Assembly: GCF_963921235.1 (NCBI RefSeq)
Contig: NC_086120.1
Coordinates: 8,556,001 to 8,620,000, forward strand
Source: Mobula hypostoma
Lineage: Eukaryota
DNA: 64,000 nt
Direction of reading: 5' to 3'
Each line of letters opens with the position of its first letter. Positions within the stretch are counted from its first letter, which is position 1. The notes under the pieces were generated by a model, which was not told where the DNA came from, did not search any database, and saw only the letters and a program-made list of their open reading frames with translations. This document shows, piece by piece, positions 34,196-49,786 of the stretch. The translations under genes were made by a program, and so were the position numbers.

Positions 34196-36689
34196 TTCTT
34201 TTCTCCAAGGAATTTGAGATAATCCTAATTTTGGCACAAGAAATTGAAAGGACTAGGAGAAAGTTTCTGTGTAAGTAAATGAGAAATTACTTCAGAGAAC
34301 TTTTTATGTGTCAGGAGGCCATGTAACTATGTGAATAAGCTCTGTGAAGGAGAGAGCTCTGTCAGATCTGACTACTTATTGTTCCTGCCTGTTTACTTTG
34401 GCCAGAGTGTTAAAGATGAATTACACTGTAGAGCCTAAATGTATTTAAGATTGTTTTTCATCAAGAATCTTCATAAAATTATTTTTTTGTTTTTTTTCTT
34501 CTGCCTGAAGCTCACATTTTATCCTTTATTATCTGCTTCCTTCCCTTCTTTACTGATGCAAATAATGACATGGTGATTACAAACTTTTTGCAGTTCTGCT
34601 CAATGCGGTGTACAATGTAAGGATCTCTAAATCCAGGTGTAAGTTTCACACTTATTAAATGTCATTGATTACAAACTGGTACTTTGGGAAACAATTTGGA
34701 GTGATTTGAAATATTCTCTTCCTATTTTAGAACAATCATTTCCCAGCAGGCTAGGCCTTACAATGATCATGTATTTTGCACTTTTAATATATTATCCAGT
34801 TGTTAATATTTAAATTACTCAAGAAAAGGGATGGATTGATGGGTTATAAATGTTTGAAACGAGGTACGACATTCAACATTGACAAAAAGACTTTCTTGAA
34901 TGCCTGTGTAAAACATTTAGAGTTTAGAGAGCAAATCTCAAGATGATAGCTTGTGAATATTTCAACCTTTTTGTTAGCACTCACTCGCTTGGCTGAACCA
35001 TCATTGAGGCTGGGGATTTTCTCAGAGCCTCCTGCTTCATAATGCATTGTGGTAAGACTCAGAGGATTGATTTGATCCATTGGAAATGAAGTCTCTCAGA
35101 TCTGCACAATAGATGCTGTGTTTGTTATTTAATGCTCATGTTGTCCTGTGTTGCCTCCTCAACACTGTGAGGCATCATCAGTGATGGGACAGACTGGTGC
35201 TGCTCCCAGAATTCCAACAGCGCTCATCATTCCACTGGAGTAGATGCTCTGGCTGAACAGTGAAGGAGGGTTAGGGATATGCCAGGCTGTCTGGTTACAG
35301 ATTATGGTGGTGGAAAACACTGCTGATGCTGATAGTCCAGACAGCCCTTATAGATGCCCAGTACTGAGCTGTCAGATCTGTAACATGTCTGTAATTCCTT
35401 ACAACATCATACAATAGAGGGAGTCATCGACGTAGAAATGGGATTTGTCTCCACAAGGATGTTCCAGTGGTCACTTCTGCTAGTGCAATCATTGACAAAG
35501 CCATCTGTCATAGCTGGATTGGTGAGATTGAGGTCAAATGTGATTCTGTCTGCTGTTGTTCATTCACTGCCTGCCACGGGCACAGTCAGCTTAGTCTGTG
35601 GTTGTGCAATCGAACCACCTTTTGTGATGACCATTAAAGTCCCAGGGAATATTCTGTGTCCTTGCTCCTCTTAGTATTTTCTCCAGGTGTTGATCAACAT
35701 GGAAGGACACAGATTTCTCAGTGGAAGAAAGCCTGAAGACAGCAATCAAGAGGAGGTTTCCTTGTCAATATTTGACCTAATTTCATGAAAATTTAATCTG
35801 ATTTAATTCAATGCTGAAGGTGCCAAGTGCTCTACCCGACTGCTTTGATAACAATGTATCCCAACTCTAGAGAGTCCATCCTTCTTGGGATAGGATATGA
35901 CAAGAATGGTGAGAGAGGAGTCAGACCAACTTTCTGTCATAATTTTATGAGTATAGCCATATCAAGTTGTTTCGGACTTATTCTGTGGTTCAGCTTCCAC
36001 AATTTAGAAGGCAATGTCAGATGTGTGTGAAGAAGACATTGCAACATCAATTGGGCTGGAGCCTTGGTATCAGAGCCACATTAGACTGAGTGTGGCATCA
36101 AGGAACACTAGTGAAAGCAACAGCAATGGGAATAATGAAACGTAGGAATGGTTGAGCCATAGTCTACAGAAAGAGAGGTCAAGCATCCCAGAGCAGTGTC
36201 TTCAGATCAAGCATCTTCCTCCAATCATAAAATCAGTAATGGGATGTTCACTGACTGCAAATTAATGTCCACTTTCACTTTTAACCCCTTGGCTTATGCT
36301 TTAGCCCCAGCCTGGATGCCACCTAGACCTTGACAACATTCAGTAAGGACTGATAAGTACATGCAAACCATGTGTCTAGTAATGACAGTGACATTGCTAA
36401 ATCCTCTTGAGGGTTAATATTGACCAAAAGCTCAAATGGACCAGCTAGTGAAATAGTTCAGACCCAGCACTAGGTCATAGGCTTTCAAGTGGTGGAGGGT
36501 GACTCGCCTTCTGTCAACTCCATGTCTTTGCACTATCTACATAGCACATCTTTTCATAATATGGGTACATAGGCCGTTGTCAGCATGGTTTCCTCAAAGG
36601 AAAATGTGTCTGACAAGTCAGTTTGAATTAGTTGAAGAAACAACAGGCTGGAAATTCAAAACGAGATAGGTGGATGTTGTGTTTGTGGA

Positions 36690-37860
36690 TTTTCAGAAAG
36701 TATTTGACAAGGTGCTGCACATGAGGCTGCTTATCAAGTTATAACCTAATGATATCATAGGAATGATAGTAGCATACAAAACACTGTGGCTGATTGGCAG
36801 GAGGCAAAGAGGGGGAATAAGGCAGCCTTTTCTGGTTCGCTGCCTGTGATGACTAGCTGTGATCCACAGGGGTCTGTGTTGCAACTGCTTATTTTACATT
36901 ATTTTTTAATAACTTGGTGACAGAATTGATACCTTTGTGACAAGGCTTCTGGACAATACAAGATAAGCGGACTGATAGGTAGTTTTGAGGAAGTAGAGGG
37001 GCTAAAGAGAGACTAACACAGATCAGGGAAACAGGCAAAGAAGAAGCAAATGGAATACAGGGTTAGGAAGTTTATGGTCATTCACTTTCTTTGGAGAAAT
37101 AAAAGGGTAGAATACATTCCAAATGGAACAAAAAATAAAATCTGATATACAAAGGGACTTGAGAGTCCTTGTGCAGGATTGCATAAAGGTTAATTTGCAG
37201 GTTCAGTTGGAACTAAGGAAGGCTAATGTGATGTGAGCATTCATTTCAAGAGGACCAGAATATAAAAGCATGGATATAATGTTTATGCTTTATAAATCAC
37301 TTCTAAGGCCTCTCTTGGAATTTTGTGAGCAATTTTGGGCCCAGTATCTAAGACAGGATGTGCTGATACTGGAGAGGGTTCAAAGGAGTTTCACAAAAAT
37401 AATTCTAAGACTGAAAGACTTGTCATATGAAGAGCATTTGATGGCTATGGGCCTGTAATCACAGGAATTCTGAAGAATAAGGTGTGACCTCATTGAAACC
37501 TATTGAATGTTGAAATGCTTTAACAAATTGGATGTGGAGAGGATGTTTCCTATGATGGGGGAACCTAAGACCAGAGGACACATCCTCAGCATAGAGGAGC
37601 ATCCTTTTAGAATGCAGATGAGGAAGAAATTATATCCAGACAGTGGTGAATCTGTGGAATGTGTTGCTACAGGTACGTCTGGTGGCCAAGTCATTAAGAC
37701 AGAGATTGCTAGATTCTTGTTTTGTCAGAGCATGAAGGGATATGGGAGAAGGCAGCAGATAGGGGCTGAGAAGGAAAATGTATCAAACATGATGGAATGA
37801 TGGAGCAGATATGATGGCCCACATGACATAAATCAGTTCATATATCTCTGGGCTTATGAT
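36690..37860 (+). mobile_element. Older CR1 LINE 3' portion (degraded)
   Basis: DFQKVFDKVLH, LYKSLLRPLLEFCEQFWAQ, and RGHILSIEEHPFR segments, with stops. Confidence 0.85.
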
Positions 37861-39789
37861 ATAAATAATGAAATGCTCTCTACTGCCTGGATTGAGTGCA
37901 AATATCACTTGTCACTTATCAGGTCATGGTAGAATTTAATCAACGTCTGGGTGGCAAACAGGTTGGGACTGCAACATGAGCTGAAAGGTTGCAAGTGGAA
38001 CTGAACATTCTGCATATGATAGGGAACATCCCACTTCTGCCTTTATGATGGGAGGAAAGTCAGTGATGAAGCAGTAGGAGTGAGGATTCTGCCTTGAGGA
38101 AAGCCTGCAAAATTGATAAACAGAAGAGAATCTGCAAATCCATCATCCTGCTGTTCTGGTACTTCACTTTCCATTGTGCAAAGCATAGTTCCAAAAATAG
38201 ACAAGAGTAGTGCAGGCAATATGTAACTCCACCCTCACCCCTCACCATTCTGGTTATGTCCTGTCCGGAAAGACTCTCTGGAGCTCGGAGCACGTTTGTG
38301 TGCTGGCAGGGGAAAGAATCCTTTGGTGTCTTGTGTATTGAATCCAGACACAGTGAAGTCTCATAATATCAGGTGAAACTTGGACAGATAGACCTCCTCC
38401 TGCTTACAATCTCCTGGCCTCCCTCCTTTGATGAATCAATGTTCCCTATATTAAACAAGTACTGAGAGAAGCATGGACACAAATTGTTCTCTGGGACTTT
38501 AATGACCATCACAAAGGGTGGCTTGCTTGCATCACCACAGTTTCAGTTCTCCAAGTCCTGAAAGACAGAGCTTCCAGACTGAGACTGCCACAGACAATGA
38601 ATGAACAACAGCAGTGAGAAACATATTTAACCTCAACCTCACTAATGCACTGATGGCAGATGCTTTTGTCAATGATCGTACTGGTAGAAGTGATCACCCA
38701 GAGGATGTAAATTAGGTGGCACTAAAGAGAACAAATCTCTTCATTTCTAAACTCCTTTGATTTCATTGGAAAAGAAACCAGCCTTTGGCATGTAATGAGG
38801 TTGAACTCACTGTCACACGGTTAAACCATCAGGCCACATTAACGTTGCCTTCCCCACGATCTCAGTGAATAAATCTGTGGGGTGAATTTGCTTTGACAAC
38901 TAATATGGCACAATTTCAGAAGCAATTCTTCTTCTCCCTGCCATAACTCAAGGGTAGCAACAGAGATAATGTCCCTTTAAATGTCAAGAGCTTGACAGAT
39001 TCTTAAAAGAATATGAGGCCAAACAGAAACAGTGATATTTGGATAATATGATACAAAATGCAAATGTAAATGTTCTGGGCTGTCCCTCTCCTTAACATAA
39101 CAGCTTCTATCCTGCTGGGGCAACAGATGATTGCTATTTACATATCCAGACAGCAGGTGATATGATCAGAACCAAAGCTCTTTTTTTTAAATGGTGAGGC
39201 AGTTTTATTGATAAAATTGATCATTAAAATAGCTGGTTTCTCCAAATTTGACACAGCTCAATAACATTCAATTTTGCATGGAATTCTTTCTCAGTGTTCC
39301 CATAGAATTTCTTCCATTCATAGTTTTGTCCAATTTGATTTAGCTGATTTGTGATAGTGATAGATTTCATAGCCCTCTTTTTATTCCAAGGATCCTAAAG
39401 TTTATGTTAAATTTTATCAATGACTGGAATGTAAGGTCTTAATATTATACAGTTCATTAATAACAAAATGGAAGATTACAGTCAAATAATATTAATGTAT
39501 TAGTACTGTCAAAAATACCACACTCTATGGTGTGAGGAATGATCATTTATGACTGAAACACTGGTAGCAAACAATAATTGCCTCAGATGCAATAATATTG
39601 TCTAAACAATACATAAGAAGATAAACTATATTCTCTGTATGAGGGAAAAGTTTTATAATTAGACTCGTATTTAGTTTCACTGGCATGTTGAAATTTGTTG
39701 TTTTACAGGAACTCTGCATAACAATTTCTAATAATAATGAACTATAAAATTCAATAAGGGATATTTATTTTTCTAACCCCTTATAGGTG

Positions 39790-40380
39790 GTGGACATGTG
39801 TGTACAAGATTTCAGATATTATTGCTGTAATTTTTTGCAGCCACTGTCCCAGTCCAGGTGTCACACCCCCAAGTGCTCCTATCACCACTGGGAATGGTTT
39901 AGCTTTAACCTTCCACATCCTTTCTATCTACACATTTAATCCCTGCTCTTTTCTGCAGTTTCTCATATTCTTTCTTCCCAATGATTCTTCCATTTGGGAT
40001 TGCCACAGCTATTACTATTGCTTTCTTCTGTACCTTCTCCAATATTACGATGTCTGACTGGCTGGCCAGTACCTGTTTATCTGTCTGTACTTGGGAGTCC
40101 CACAGATTCTTACCTCTCTCATTCTCCACTACCTTCTCAGGTTTTTCCCATTTGGACTGGGGAGCATCCAATCCATACTCAGCAAAGCTGTTCCCATGGA
40201 TAATTAGTACAAATTGGTTGTGCCATTCAGTGTACATTGTCCCTGCCTGCATCTTGCATCCTACTACTATATGCTGGATGGTTTCAGCAAATTCCTTGCA
40301 TCGTCTGCATCTTGGGTCTTTTCTTGTGTCATAGAACCCTGTTTCTAGTGTTCTTGTGTAGCCAGGAGCAGCGGCTCGAT
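39790..40380 (-). mobile_element. R4/Dong (Rex6-like) non-LTR 3' fragment with restriction-like endonuclease
   Basis: ORF 39905-40252: HNQFV...AEYGLDAPQSKWEKPEKVVENERGKNLWDSQVQTDKQVLASQSDIVILEKVQKKAIVIAVAIP, matching the RHN...PD...D REL pattern. Confidence 0.75.
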
Positions 40381-41149
40381 GCTGTCCCTCAGCCCTGCCA
40401 TTGGTAGGACTTTCTTATAACAGCCACCTCTGAAACTAACCCGAAGCCAATATATATAAAAGATTAAAGTAAATAACCAGTGCAAAAAGAGAGGGGAAAG
40501 TACCGACGTGGTGTTCATGGGTTCATTGTTCATTCAGGAATCTGATGGCGGAGGGGAAGAAGCTATCGCTGAAACATTGAGTGTGTGTCTTCAGGCTCCT
40601 GTACTTCCTCCTTGATTGTAACAATGGAGAGAGAACATTTCCGGAGTGATGGGTCCTTAATGATGGATGTTGCCTGTTTGAGTCATCCCCTTTTAAGGAA
40701 ACTGCTCAGCCTTTCCAATGCTGATCCCTCAATGAGGACTGGTGTGTGTTACGTCAAATTCCATAATCCATTGCTTGGTCTTACTGACATTGAGTGCAAG
40801 GTTGTTGTTATAACACACCTCAATCAGGTGATGTATCTCATTCTTGTATGCTTCCGCATTGCCATCTTTTGTTCTGTCACCTTCAATGTTTTGGACTGTT
40901 TTTTCTTAAAGAACTACTAATAATGGCCTGTCTTACAAGATTAAGAAGTTCTTTTTTTTTTACAAAAAAGAGAGTCACAAGGGAAGGGTATTGGATCTGC
41001 CAGTGATAATAAACCTAATAATCATTCTGGTACTGATTTTGGTCTTTTGATTAGAGTCCAGCTTGTTGCTTTCATTGTATTTTTCTAGTTTTACATTTCC
41101 TTACACTGGCTTTTATGTTTGTGTAATTAAAAGGACTCTGCAGAGAGTC

Positions 41150-42510
41150 AAGCTCCATAAGACACTTGGGCCAGACAACATCGCAGGCTGAGTACTCAGG
41201 AAATGTACACATCAGTTCACTGACCTCTTCACAGACACCTAAAACACTTCATTATCCCCACATGCTTCAGATTAGCTAACTGGTAATGGCACATGTCAGA
41301 AGCACCGCTCCTGCTGGATGATAAATATGCTTACCGACAGACCCACTCTATGTCGGATGGCAGCATCTGTCAAGCATGTGGTTCTGGTACACTGAGAAAA
41401 CAGGACCCATGTATCAGAATGCTGTTTCTGGATTTCAGCTTAACATTCAACACCATGGTCACATAGATCTTGGTAAACAAATTCCTACTCTTCAGTCTGA
41501 ATGCACCACTGTGCAACTGGACATAGGATTTCTCAATAAAGAGACTTCAAATTGTCAGGATGTACAACTGCTCATCAGTCTCCATCATCCCCAACATGTG
41601 CAGCCCCCACATCCCAGGGCTGTGTGCTGAGCCCATTGCTCTGCACTCTGCTCACAGATTGTGGTCTCGTATCGGGCCAATTACTTCTTTCTCAATGTCA
41701 ACAAAGCAAAAGATATCATTATTGACATCAGGAGAACTCACATCACATTGCCAGCACAGCACTGGAAATTGCGAGCAGTTTCAAACTCCTAGGAGAGCAC
41801 ATCTTGTACAGCCTCTCAGGTCCCAGAACACAATCCACACTATCAGGAAAGCTCACCAACATCTCAAGTTTCTGAGCAGGCTAAAAAGAGCTGGATCCTG
41901 CACAACCTCACTCATGTCTTTCTATGAATGCACAGTCAAGACCTTCTTAACAGCCTTTATCATGCGTCGGATGGAAACTGCACTGTGGTAAACAAGGTAT
42001 TCTCTACAATGGGTATGCCCTGTACATCACCAGCACCAGCCTACCTGCCATAAAGGACATATATGCAGAAAGATTCTGGAAAAGAGCCAGTAATATCATG
42101 AAGGATCCCACCAACACTGACATTGACTGTTTGCACTACTTCCATCTGGGCGGTGGCTGCATAGCATCCATGCCAGGATGGCCAGACTGAAGAACAGTTA
42201 ATTTTCACAAGCAATAAGGATGATCAACACTTCCACCCGTGAACCCTCACCTCCACACCCCCAACTACTTTATCATTTCATATCAGAGTCACCTTCTGTA
42301 CAGACACTCCTGTACTTAGTGTCAGTTTATGGACATTCAACCAAACTAGATATATAAGCTATCTCATGTATTCATATTTATTGTTTCTTTTAGTATTGTG
42401 TTCTAAATCGTGTTTGCTTTTTGTGTTGCATCAGATTTGAAGTCACAATTATTTCATTTTCCTCTACACATTCATAGTGCCTGGAAATGACAATGTTGAA
42501 TCTTGAATAC
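41150..42510 (+). mobile_element. Second degraded Rex1/Babar-type LINE
   Basis: Decayed RT with the same layout as 3720-5323, including RKAHQHLKFLSRLKRAG...SFYECTV; AATAAA-like end near 42490. Confidence 0.65.
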
Positions 42511-43007
42511 TGAATCTATTTATCCACGGATGTTTAGCAACTGGTAGTGTATCTGTTTCAACTAAATATTGGCCAAAGTGAAGTGTGAATTGGTAACTTC
42601 TCTGAGGTTTGTTATCAGGGACCAGTCTGAGTGCTTTTCCAATATGAATGTGAAGCATTTGCTCAGATCCCTTTGTTATTTGTCTGCTTTGTTTGCTGGA
42701 TCACACTGGACTTATCTGACCTCTACTATGATGAACATCTAATAAACCAGCTGTAACCATAACTTTGGCAACACATTTTGACTCCCGAAGAATCACCTGG
42801 GCAATATCATCTCCAGATCTAACCAAAGCTATAAAGGGAGTTGTACTATATTGGAGATAGATGCTGTCATGTCATCTCAGTGACCAGACATTACAGAAAC
42901 AAGTGAAGAAACTGGGAAATATCAGTCAATTATCTACGTTATTAAACGCACAAAAACCTGGAGGTTTTAGTAGGGAGATACCAGTGCTAAATTCACTGTC
43001 TCGGACT

Positions 43008-43133
43008 CAGAGGTCATCAGAGGAAGCTAAGTAATAGTGAAACAGAATATTTACTGGACATAGTGAGGGCAGAGGTGATCAGAAGAAGCTAAGTAATAGT
43101 GAAACAGAATGTTTACTGGACATACTGAGGGCA
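43008..43133. repeat. 62-bp tandem duplication (2 copies)
   Basis: CAGAGGT(C/G)ATCAGA(G/A)GAAGCTAAGTAATAGTGAAACAGAAT(A/G)TTTACTGGACATA(G/C)TGAGGG starts at 43008 and 43070. Confidence 0.95.
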
Positions 43134-46100
43134 TATGGCCCCTCAGACCAGCATATTATAAATGACATTACATCCCCCTGCCAACTACCCACAATCCTGC
43201 AGTTTCAGATATTTATCTGGCTCCCTTCTAATTATTTCAATGTATTCTCCCTGCACTAATATATTGGCTGTGATATTTAGACAGTGACAGAGACAGATCT
43301 AGCTCAAGTGAACTCACGTGTGGCCACAGATCACGCAACCTTTTTCAGACTCAAACCATTCATGTTTTAGTTACTTTCTCTCAAAAGCTATACAGTCAGA
43401 ATGCTACCTAACACAGCCCATTAGTCAAATTTTCTAGGGTCAAAGATCACATATTTCATCTATGAACTAGATATTTCCAATTCAGGATAGTTTGTGACTT
43501 GGATGTAAACTTGCAGGTGGCATTTCCTGCTAGTTCTGCCCTTGTGCACTTGGTAGTAGAGTTGAATGTCTTGGGATGTGTTGTCTGAGTAGCCTCTGGA
43601 AGTAATAGCAGGACATTTTGTCAATGGACAACACTACATCCATTGTATACATGTGGTGGATAGAATGAATATTGATGTTTTTTTGTTTAAGCCTATCACC
43701 CTCTCAGATCATAGGCTACGGACACACTCCACTGTCCTGACCAGTCATCAAAGTTGTACCCAGGTGTAACACATCTTCGAAAACCCCTCCTCCCAGGGAT
43801 GAGGAATTTGAAAATTCTGTCAGTGCTTCTGTCGCTCTCAGAATTTACGAGCTAACCCCACGATGAACAACTTCATTGTGGGGCTTCTGACCATCCATGT
43901 TGGAGTTTCCATGGTTGGTGGTGGAAATTGGCCTGCCTTGTCCCAGATGGTGTTGAGATTCTGAAATGATTTTGGACCTGTACACATCTTCTAAAGTGGA
44001 GAGTATTCCATTTTGTTCTTGTCTTCAATGTTGTAGAGTAAATGGTGGAAAGGTATTGTGATGGTCATGGCACTGAATTTCATGGTAGGTAGCTTAACAT
44101 ATTCTTCTTGGGCATGACCCTAGTCTGGCACATCTGTCATGTGAAGAAAACTTGCCCTTATTAGCCAATTCTTGTATGTTGTCCAGGACATGCTACATGT
44201 AGTTATGAACTGGTGGATGAGCTGAAGAGTTGCAATCATCAATCCACACTATTGCTTCTGTTCTTACAATGGAAGGAAGGTCATAGATGAAGCTTTTAAA
44301 CATTGTTGCGTTGAATATACTGCATGAGTTCTCCTGCATATATTCCATGAGAATCTCCTGCAAAGACATCCTGGGAATGGAAACACTGACATACAACAAC
44401 GACAACGGTATTCTTAGTGAGTGTTATGATTCCAATCATTGGTGTACTTTCATCATGATACCCGTTAACTTCGGTGTTAACAGATCTCATTGATGTTGCG
44501 ATTGGTCAAATTCTGCCTTGATAATGAGAGCAGTCAATCTAATTTTTACCTCCAGAATTCTGCTCTTTGGTCAATGTTTGACCTAAGGCTATGGTGAGTC
44601 ATAGACTTACACAGAACAGAAATCGGACCCTCAGACTACATGTCCATGTCAAATAATTTAGTTTTCTGTACCAGCCCAACTTATCTGCTTTTGGACTGTA
44701 ATCTTCTCTGCATTTCAAGTGTTTGTCAAGACTTTCTGCCTCTTCCACTTCCACACAAGTCATGTTCCAGTCTCTAAGTGGAAAGTTCCCCTCAGGTTTC
44801 CTATAAATGTCCTACCTCATTGGTTTAAGGCTCTCGATCCACTGTAGAAATATCCTTATGTCTACACTGTCTCCCCCTCATAATTTTCTGTCCCTCTATC
44901 AACTCTGAGGCTTGACCTCACCAAGTTCAAAGGAAACAAACTCAGTTGATCAAATCTCTCGTTATACCTGAACATTCAATCAATTATTCAGACATGCTTT
45001 CCTACAAATATCACCATGCTGACTATGTACCAGTCAGAACAATCTTAACAAGATTAAACAGAAAGCACCAACAATTAAAGTTTCTAGTTGAGACAACAAT
45101 TAACAAACACATGTGCTCTAGAAAGCTCCGAGCCCAATGCTCTCTGGATCACTGCACAGGCCCCAAAGAGCTCAAAACAAATATGCTCCTTAATATCACT
45201 GTCCCTTGCCCTAAACTCTCCATTTACTATGGATTTATCCCTTTCTGAATAGAGTTGAGATGTATCCATTGAAGATCTCTCACACATCCCCTGACTCCAA
45301 GCAGAGTTTCCACTTTGCCCCGACAGCAAACTATGCTTTCCCTATTTACTGCTTTTTACCTAACATACTTGTAAAATGCCTTGGGATTCTTGTTTACCTG
45401 TGTGCTAAGTATGTTTAATGACTCCTCTTTGCTCTTCTAAGATCTCATATATGTCCTCATATTCAAGGATCTGTTCCACTTTCAATCATATAAACCAGCT
45501 ATGTGTTTCTTTCATTGCTTCATTAAGCCCTTCATATACCTTGATATTGATGATTTCTTAATCTAACCATCTATTCCATTCACCTTTATAGGAGCATGTT
45601 AGCCCTGAGCACTCACTCTCCCACTTTTCAGACACCCTGACTAGTTAGATATTGTTTGTACCCAAAGCAGCTTCTTCCACTCAGCTTTACCTCTTACTGA
45701 AATGGCTTTCCCTGAGAAGTGTGAACACTTCACAAATCAGCATTGAAACGTACAGAACTCTTTCCACTATCACCAAAATGCTGCTTATTGACATTTCTAC
45801 CACTTCTTGAGACTCACTCCTAAGATAAGGTGGTGTACGGACCATTCCCAGTAGGACTACCAAGTTACGGCAGAAAAGAATCATCAATGCGCTTTACAAC
45901 ATTCACCCATCTAATCCCCTCACATTGAGGCATCCCAGTGCACTCTGCGGCAGTTAAAAACACCACTATATAAATCCCTTGCTAAATGCACATTCTATAA
46001 TATGAATTCCCTTTATTTATTGGTTCTTCTATCTCCTACTGACTTGTCTGCATATATCTAAAGCCAAATATTTCTGTGAAAATCCACGTGTGGTTCATTT

Positions 46101-47689
46101 ATCAAATTATGGCCGTGTAAGTGACGTTTAATACCATTGTCCATGAAATGTTCCACGTTTGCTGATGAGTGAGAACCAACTAAAAATACAGAAATTAGCT
46201 GGAATTGATCTGTGCGACATTTGATGAACAGAACAAATTTGAGTATTATTCCCCATTGACAAGTAGAGAAAAATCTTGTATCTGTTCAGAAAGCTGGGAT
46301 GCCAAGTCCCAAGTAATTTCACTCACTACCCAGACCCAATATGGCAGATACATAATTTAGTACAAAGTCAGTTTGTAGTGGTGGGACTCCAAGCCAGATC
46401 CAGTGATGGAAAATGAGGTTCCGAAACAGAGTATATTTTGTGTCCTTGTTACATTCAGTATTTCTCTATGAAAGAAGAACTTGTTGGGAAGGCCAATATT
46501 CACTAAAGTAAAGAGGAACGAGAGGATTTTACAGTAATTTTTAAAATTTCAGTAAGACTGGACAGAACCATTCTGAGGGAGATATCATCAATCACTGAAG
46601 AGGCAAAAACGAGAGGTGGAGTCCAAGTTATTAAAATATCCAAGAAGAAGGTGGGTACATTTCTCCGTGCTGAATCAATGAAAGAAGATTATCAGCCATG
46701 ATCATGTCAGATGAGACAGTAGGTCCAGGGGACCGAATGGCCTACTACTGTTCCTAGTTGCACTGTGTCCATGTCCCTCTCTGCAGCCTGTTCCACCACT
46801 TCACCAGCCTGCCACTGCCACCTTAATTTATATTGCTATCATCTTCAGACTGCACTGTCCCGAAAAGTTTTGTTTCACCTGCAAATCAGGAGGTTGTGTC
46901 CACTGAACCCAAGTGCAGCACAATAAAAGAAATAGGCAAACGGATAGTGGTCATCATAATTATCACTGGGGTACTCACTCACACCTACCTCCAGTCTGAT
47001 AAATAACCTGTTACTGCTACTCTCTATTATTATTGCTGTATCCTTTTTAGGTTCAGATACACATTGTCAGACCTGTTGTTATTATACCTGCCTATGACAT
47101 CTCTTTCGATATACACACTGCACTCTGCATGAAATTACTCCTCAGGTCCCTTTTAATTCTTTCCGCTTTCACTTTCAACCTAGGCCCCCTAGTGTTTATT
47201 TCCCCATCACTTGGAAAAGGGCCTTCTGGATTTGCACTATCTATACTCCCACTTCATTTTTTATAACTTTGTAAGTCTACACTTCATTCTCCCCACTTTA
47301 AGGAAAAGGTCCTCACCTACCCAACCTCCTCCTAAAACCCTCAGATATTACCAACATTCTCAGAGACTGTCTTTGCTCTCTTTGCAGCTTAATGAGGTTG
47401 TTCCTATAACAGTGCAATGAACACTGTACACAATACTCCAGGTACCACCTCACCCATGACTTTTAACTGTAATATAGTGTCCTGAAACCTATATTTGATG
47501 GTGTGACTGATTTGGCTAGTGTGGCAACTGAATTCTTTTCAATCCTTTATAGCTGTGCCGATATTCTGGACACTATATAATATTGCGTATTGGTCTTTCT
47601 ATTCCACAACTTTCAACAGAGGCCGACCATTTTCTGTGATTGTCCTATCCTAGTATTATTTCTCAAAACATGGCACTTTGGTGGCAAGG

Positions 47690-48065
47690 TGGAAATATCT
47701 CGCTAACAAAGGAGATGTATGCCAGTTGTACCCTCTGTTAGCCTCAAGTCATCCTTGGGCAAGGTGTAACCGTTACCTAACACCCCCCCCCACCCCGATC
47801 ATGGTCAAGAGAAGCCATGAGAGCAGCTGATTGATGCTAGTATGAGTAGCAGGTAAATATCACAACTCCAGGAAACGGTACCACTGACCCCAGGCAGACA
47901 ATCTCTGAAAAGTTTTGATCATGGCTGGGGTCACACAGCTTGGAAAAACACTGTCTAGAAGAAGGCAATGGCAAACCACTTCTGGAGAAATATTTGCCAA
48001 GATCAATCATGGTCATGGAAAAACCATGATTTCTCACATCATTCATGGCACAAAACGAAGAATGC
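47690..48065 (+). mobile_element. Probable RTE-derived SINE-like element
   Basis: Contains GAAGAAGGCAATGGCAAACCACT, resembling the RTE/BovB-type 3' motif; no ORF. Confidence 0.4.
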
Positions 48066-49738
48066 AAAAATAAAACAAAAACCTTATAGCTATCTGGATT
48101 GAACACCATTTGCCATTCTTTTCACCACTTATCCAACTGACCAATGACCCCTGTGTGTTTTGACAAGCTTTTGTTTCAGTCATCGATGGCCCAGCAAATC
48201 TTCACCACCATTACAATTATATTGATCTCATTAGTCAATATTTCAGGATGTTCACAGGCATAGATTGTTATAGAAACAAATCCAACTGTGGTAAATACAG
48301 AGCAGTCACCTGACTCACCACCACATGGGGGATAAATGACAGATTCCTCCTCAATCACCTTCATCGGTGACCGTAAAGCTGCTCCCTGAATCACTGTGTG
48401 AAATTCATTCACCCACAGAACAGGGGACATGATCTTCACTGTATGACTATTCCACTGACTCCATCAATCAAGAGGGTCTATAGAACATACTTCTCAAATT
48501 TGGTTCACAATCAAATTCAGTTCTATCTTAGATTTACTCTAAAAATGTTTAACAACAGATTCATTATTTGTGAAGACCAGTGTCAATCTTGCAGACTTTC
48601 CTGAACACTTTTCTCAAACTGTCTTGCTCCTATGTTGCACCTCAACTCCAACAACATTTCTGCAGGAGTGCAGATAATCCCCAGAACTAACAGGAAACAC
48701 TTAACCAACATGACTGCACTTTTGGACCAAAGTTTCCCAAACTCACTAGCCAGCCTGCTTTGTACAGGTGATTCCAGCATTTAGACATACACAAAGAAAT
48801 GCTCACCCTTTTATTGAGGAATACTACATAATTAACCTTCTGCTCAACTGTCACATAACTCACAATTCACTAGGGGACCCAGGTCACTATCTTTTCCGAT
48901 ACACCTGAGCTGTAGCTCAATTACAGAAGATATCTTAAGGGACTGTAAACTACGACCAACAGTACCTCCACAAAATTATCAGGGACAATTGAACTAATGC
49001 CAATCTTCTCAGGCAAACACTTGCAGTTCTAAGTCCATAGTTACATGAAGTTCTGTATGCTGGACAGGGAAGGTTGTTCATATACCTGAGTCCATTGTGT
49101 TGAATTAATATCACGTATTCCAAGCTCTGCCATGGGAAAAGTTTGCCTGATAGACAGAAAATAAGATTCAAATGTCTGTTCAATACCTCTTTGAAGAATG
49201 GCAACATCCTCAATGACTTCTGGAGACTCTCCTGCCTATGACCAATATAGGTGAAAGCGAGCATTTGGATTTGAGAAGGAAGAACCTCAAGCCCATGGAT
49301 CAGGAGTATATTGTTGTCCTGTATCAGTGGTGGAGAGAGCAGAAAGCCTCACAGATTGCACACTCCCCACCTGTCAACCTCCTCCTGCCTCATCCCCAAA
49401 AGAGTATGTGGTTCTCACATTAACCTCATTAGCTGCTTCAGATCCCACAAAAGTTGAATAGAAGTAAGATATCACAATATCATCAGCACACAGTTCATCA
49501 GTTTTGTTTCATTAACATCTTGAATTTGCCCATTCCGTAAATCTTGTGTGAAGCTTCTTGTATTTTATCATTATTTTGTCCTTTCTATAAAGATGTTTAT
49601 TTCTGTTCTGGAGATATTTATCTCACATTATTCTTTTTTCGACCTTTCATCTTTCATCTGCACTAAACAACACTGGTCACAATTCTGGCCGCTCGGTCCG
49701 GTCGGAACTGTTTACACCAACGCACCTCTTCCTCCCAT

Positions 49739-49739
<1 letters not shown>

Positions 49740-49782
<43 letters not shown>
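49740..49782. repeat. (CA)n microsatellite
   Basis: About 21 perfect AC units. Confidence 1.

Positions 49783-49786
<4 letters not shown>

Noticed and set aside
33163-34237. ORFs containing long X runs
   Set aside because: Artefacts of translation through the two N gaps.
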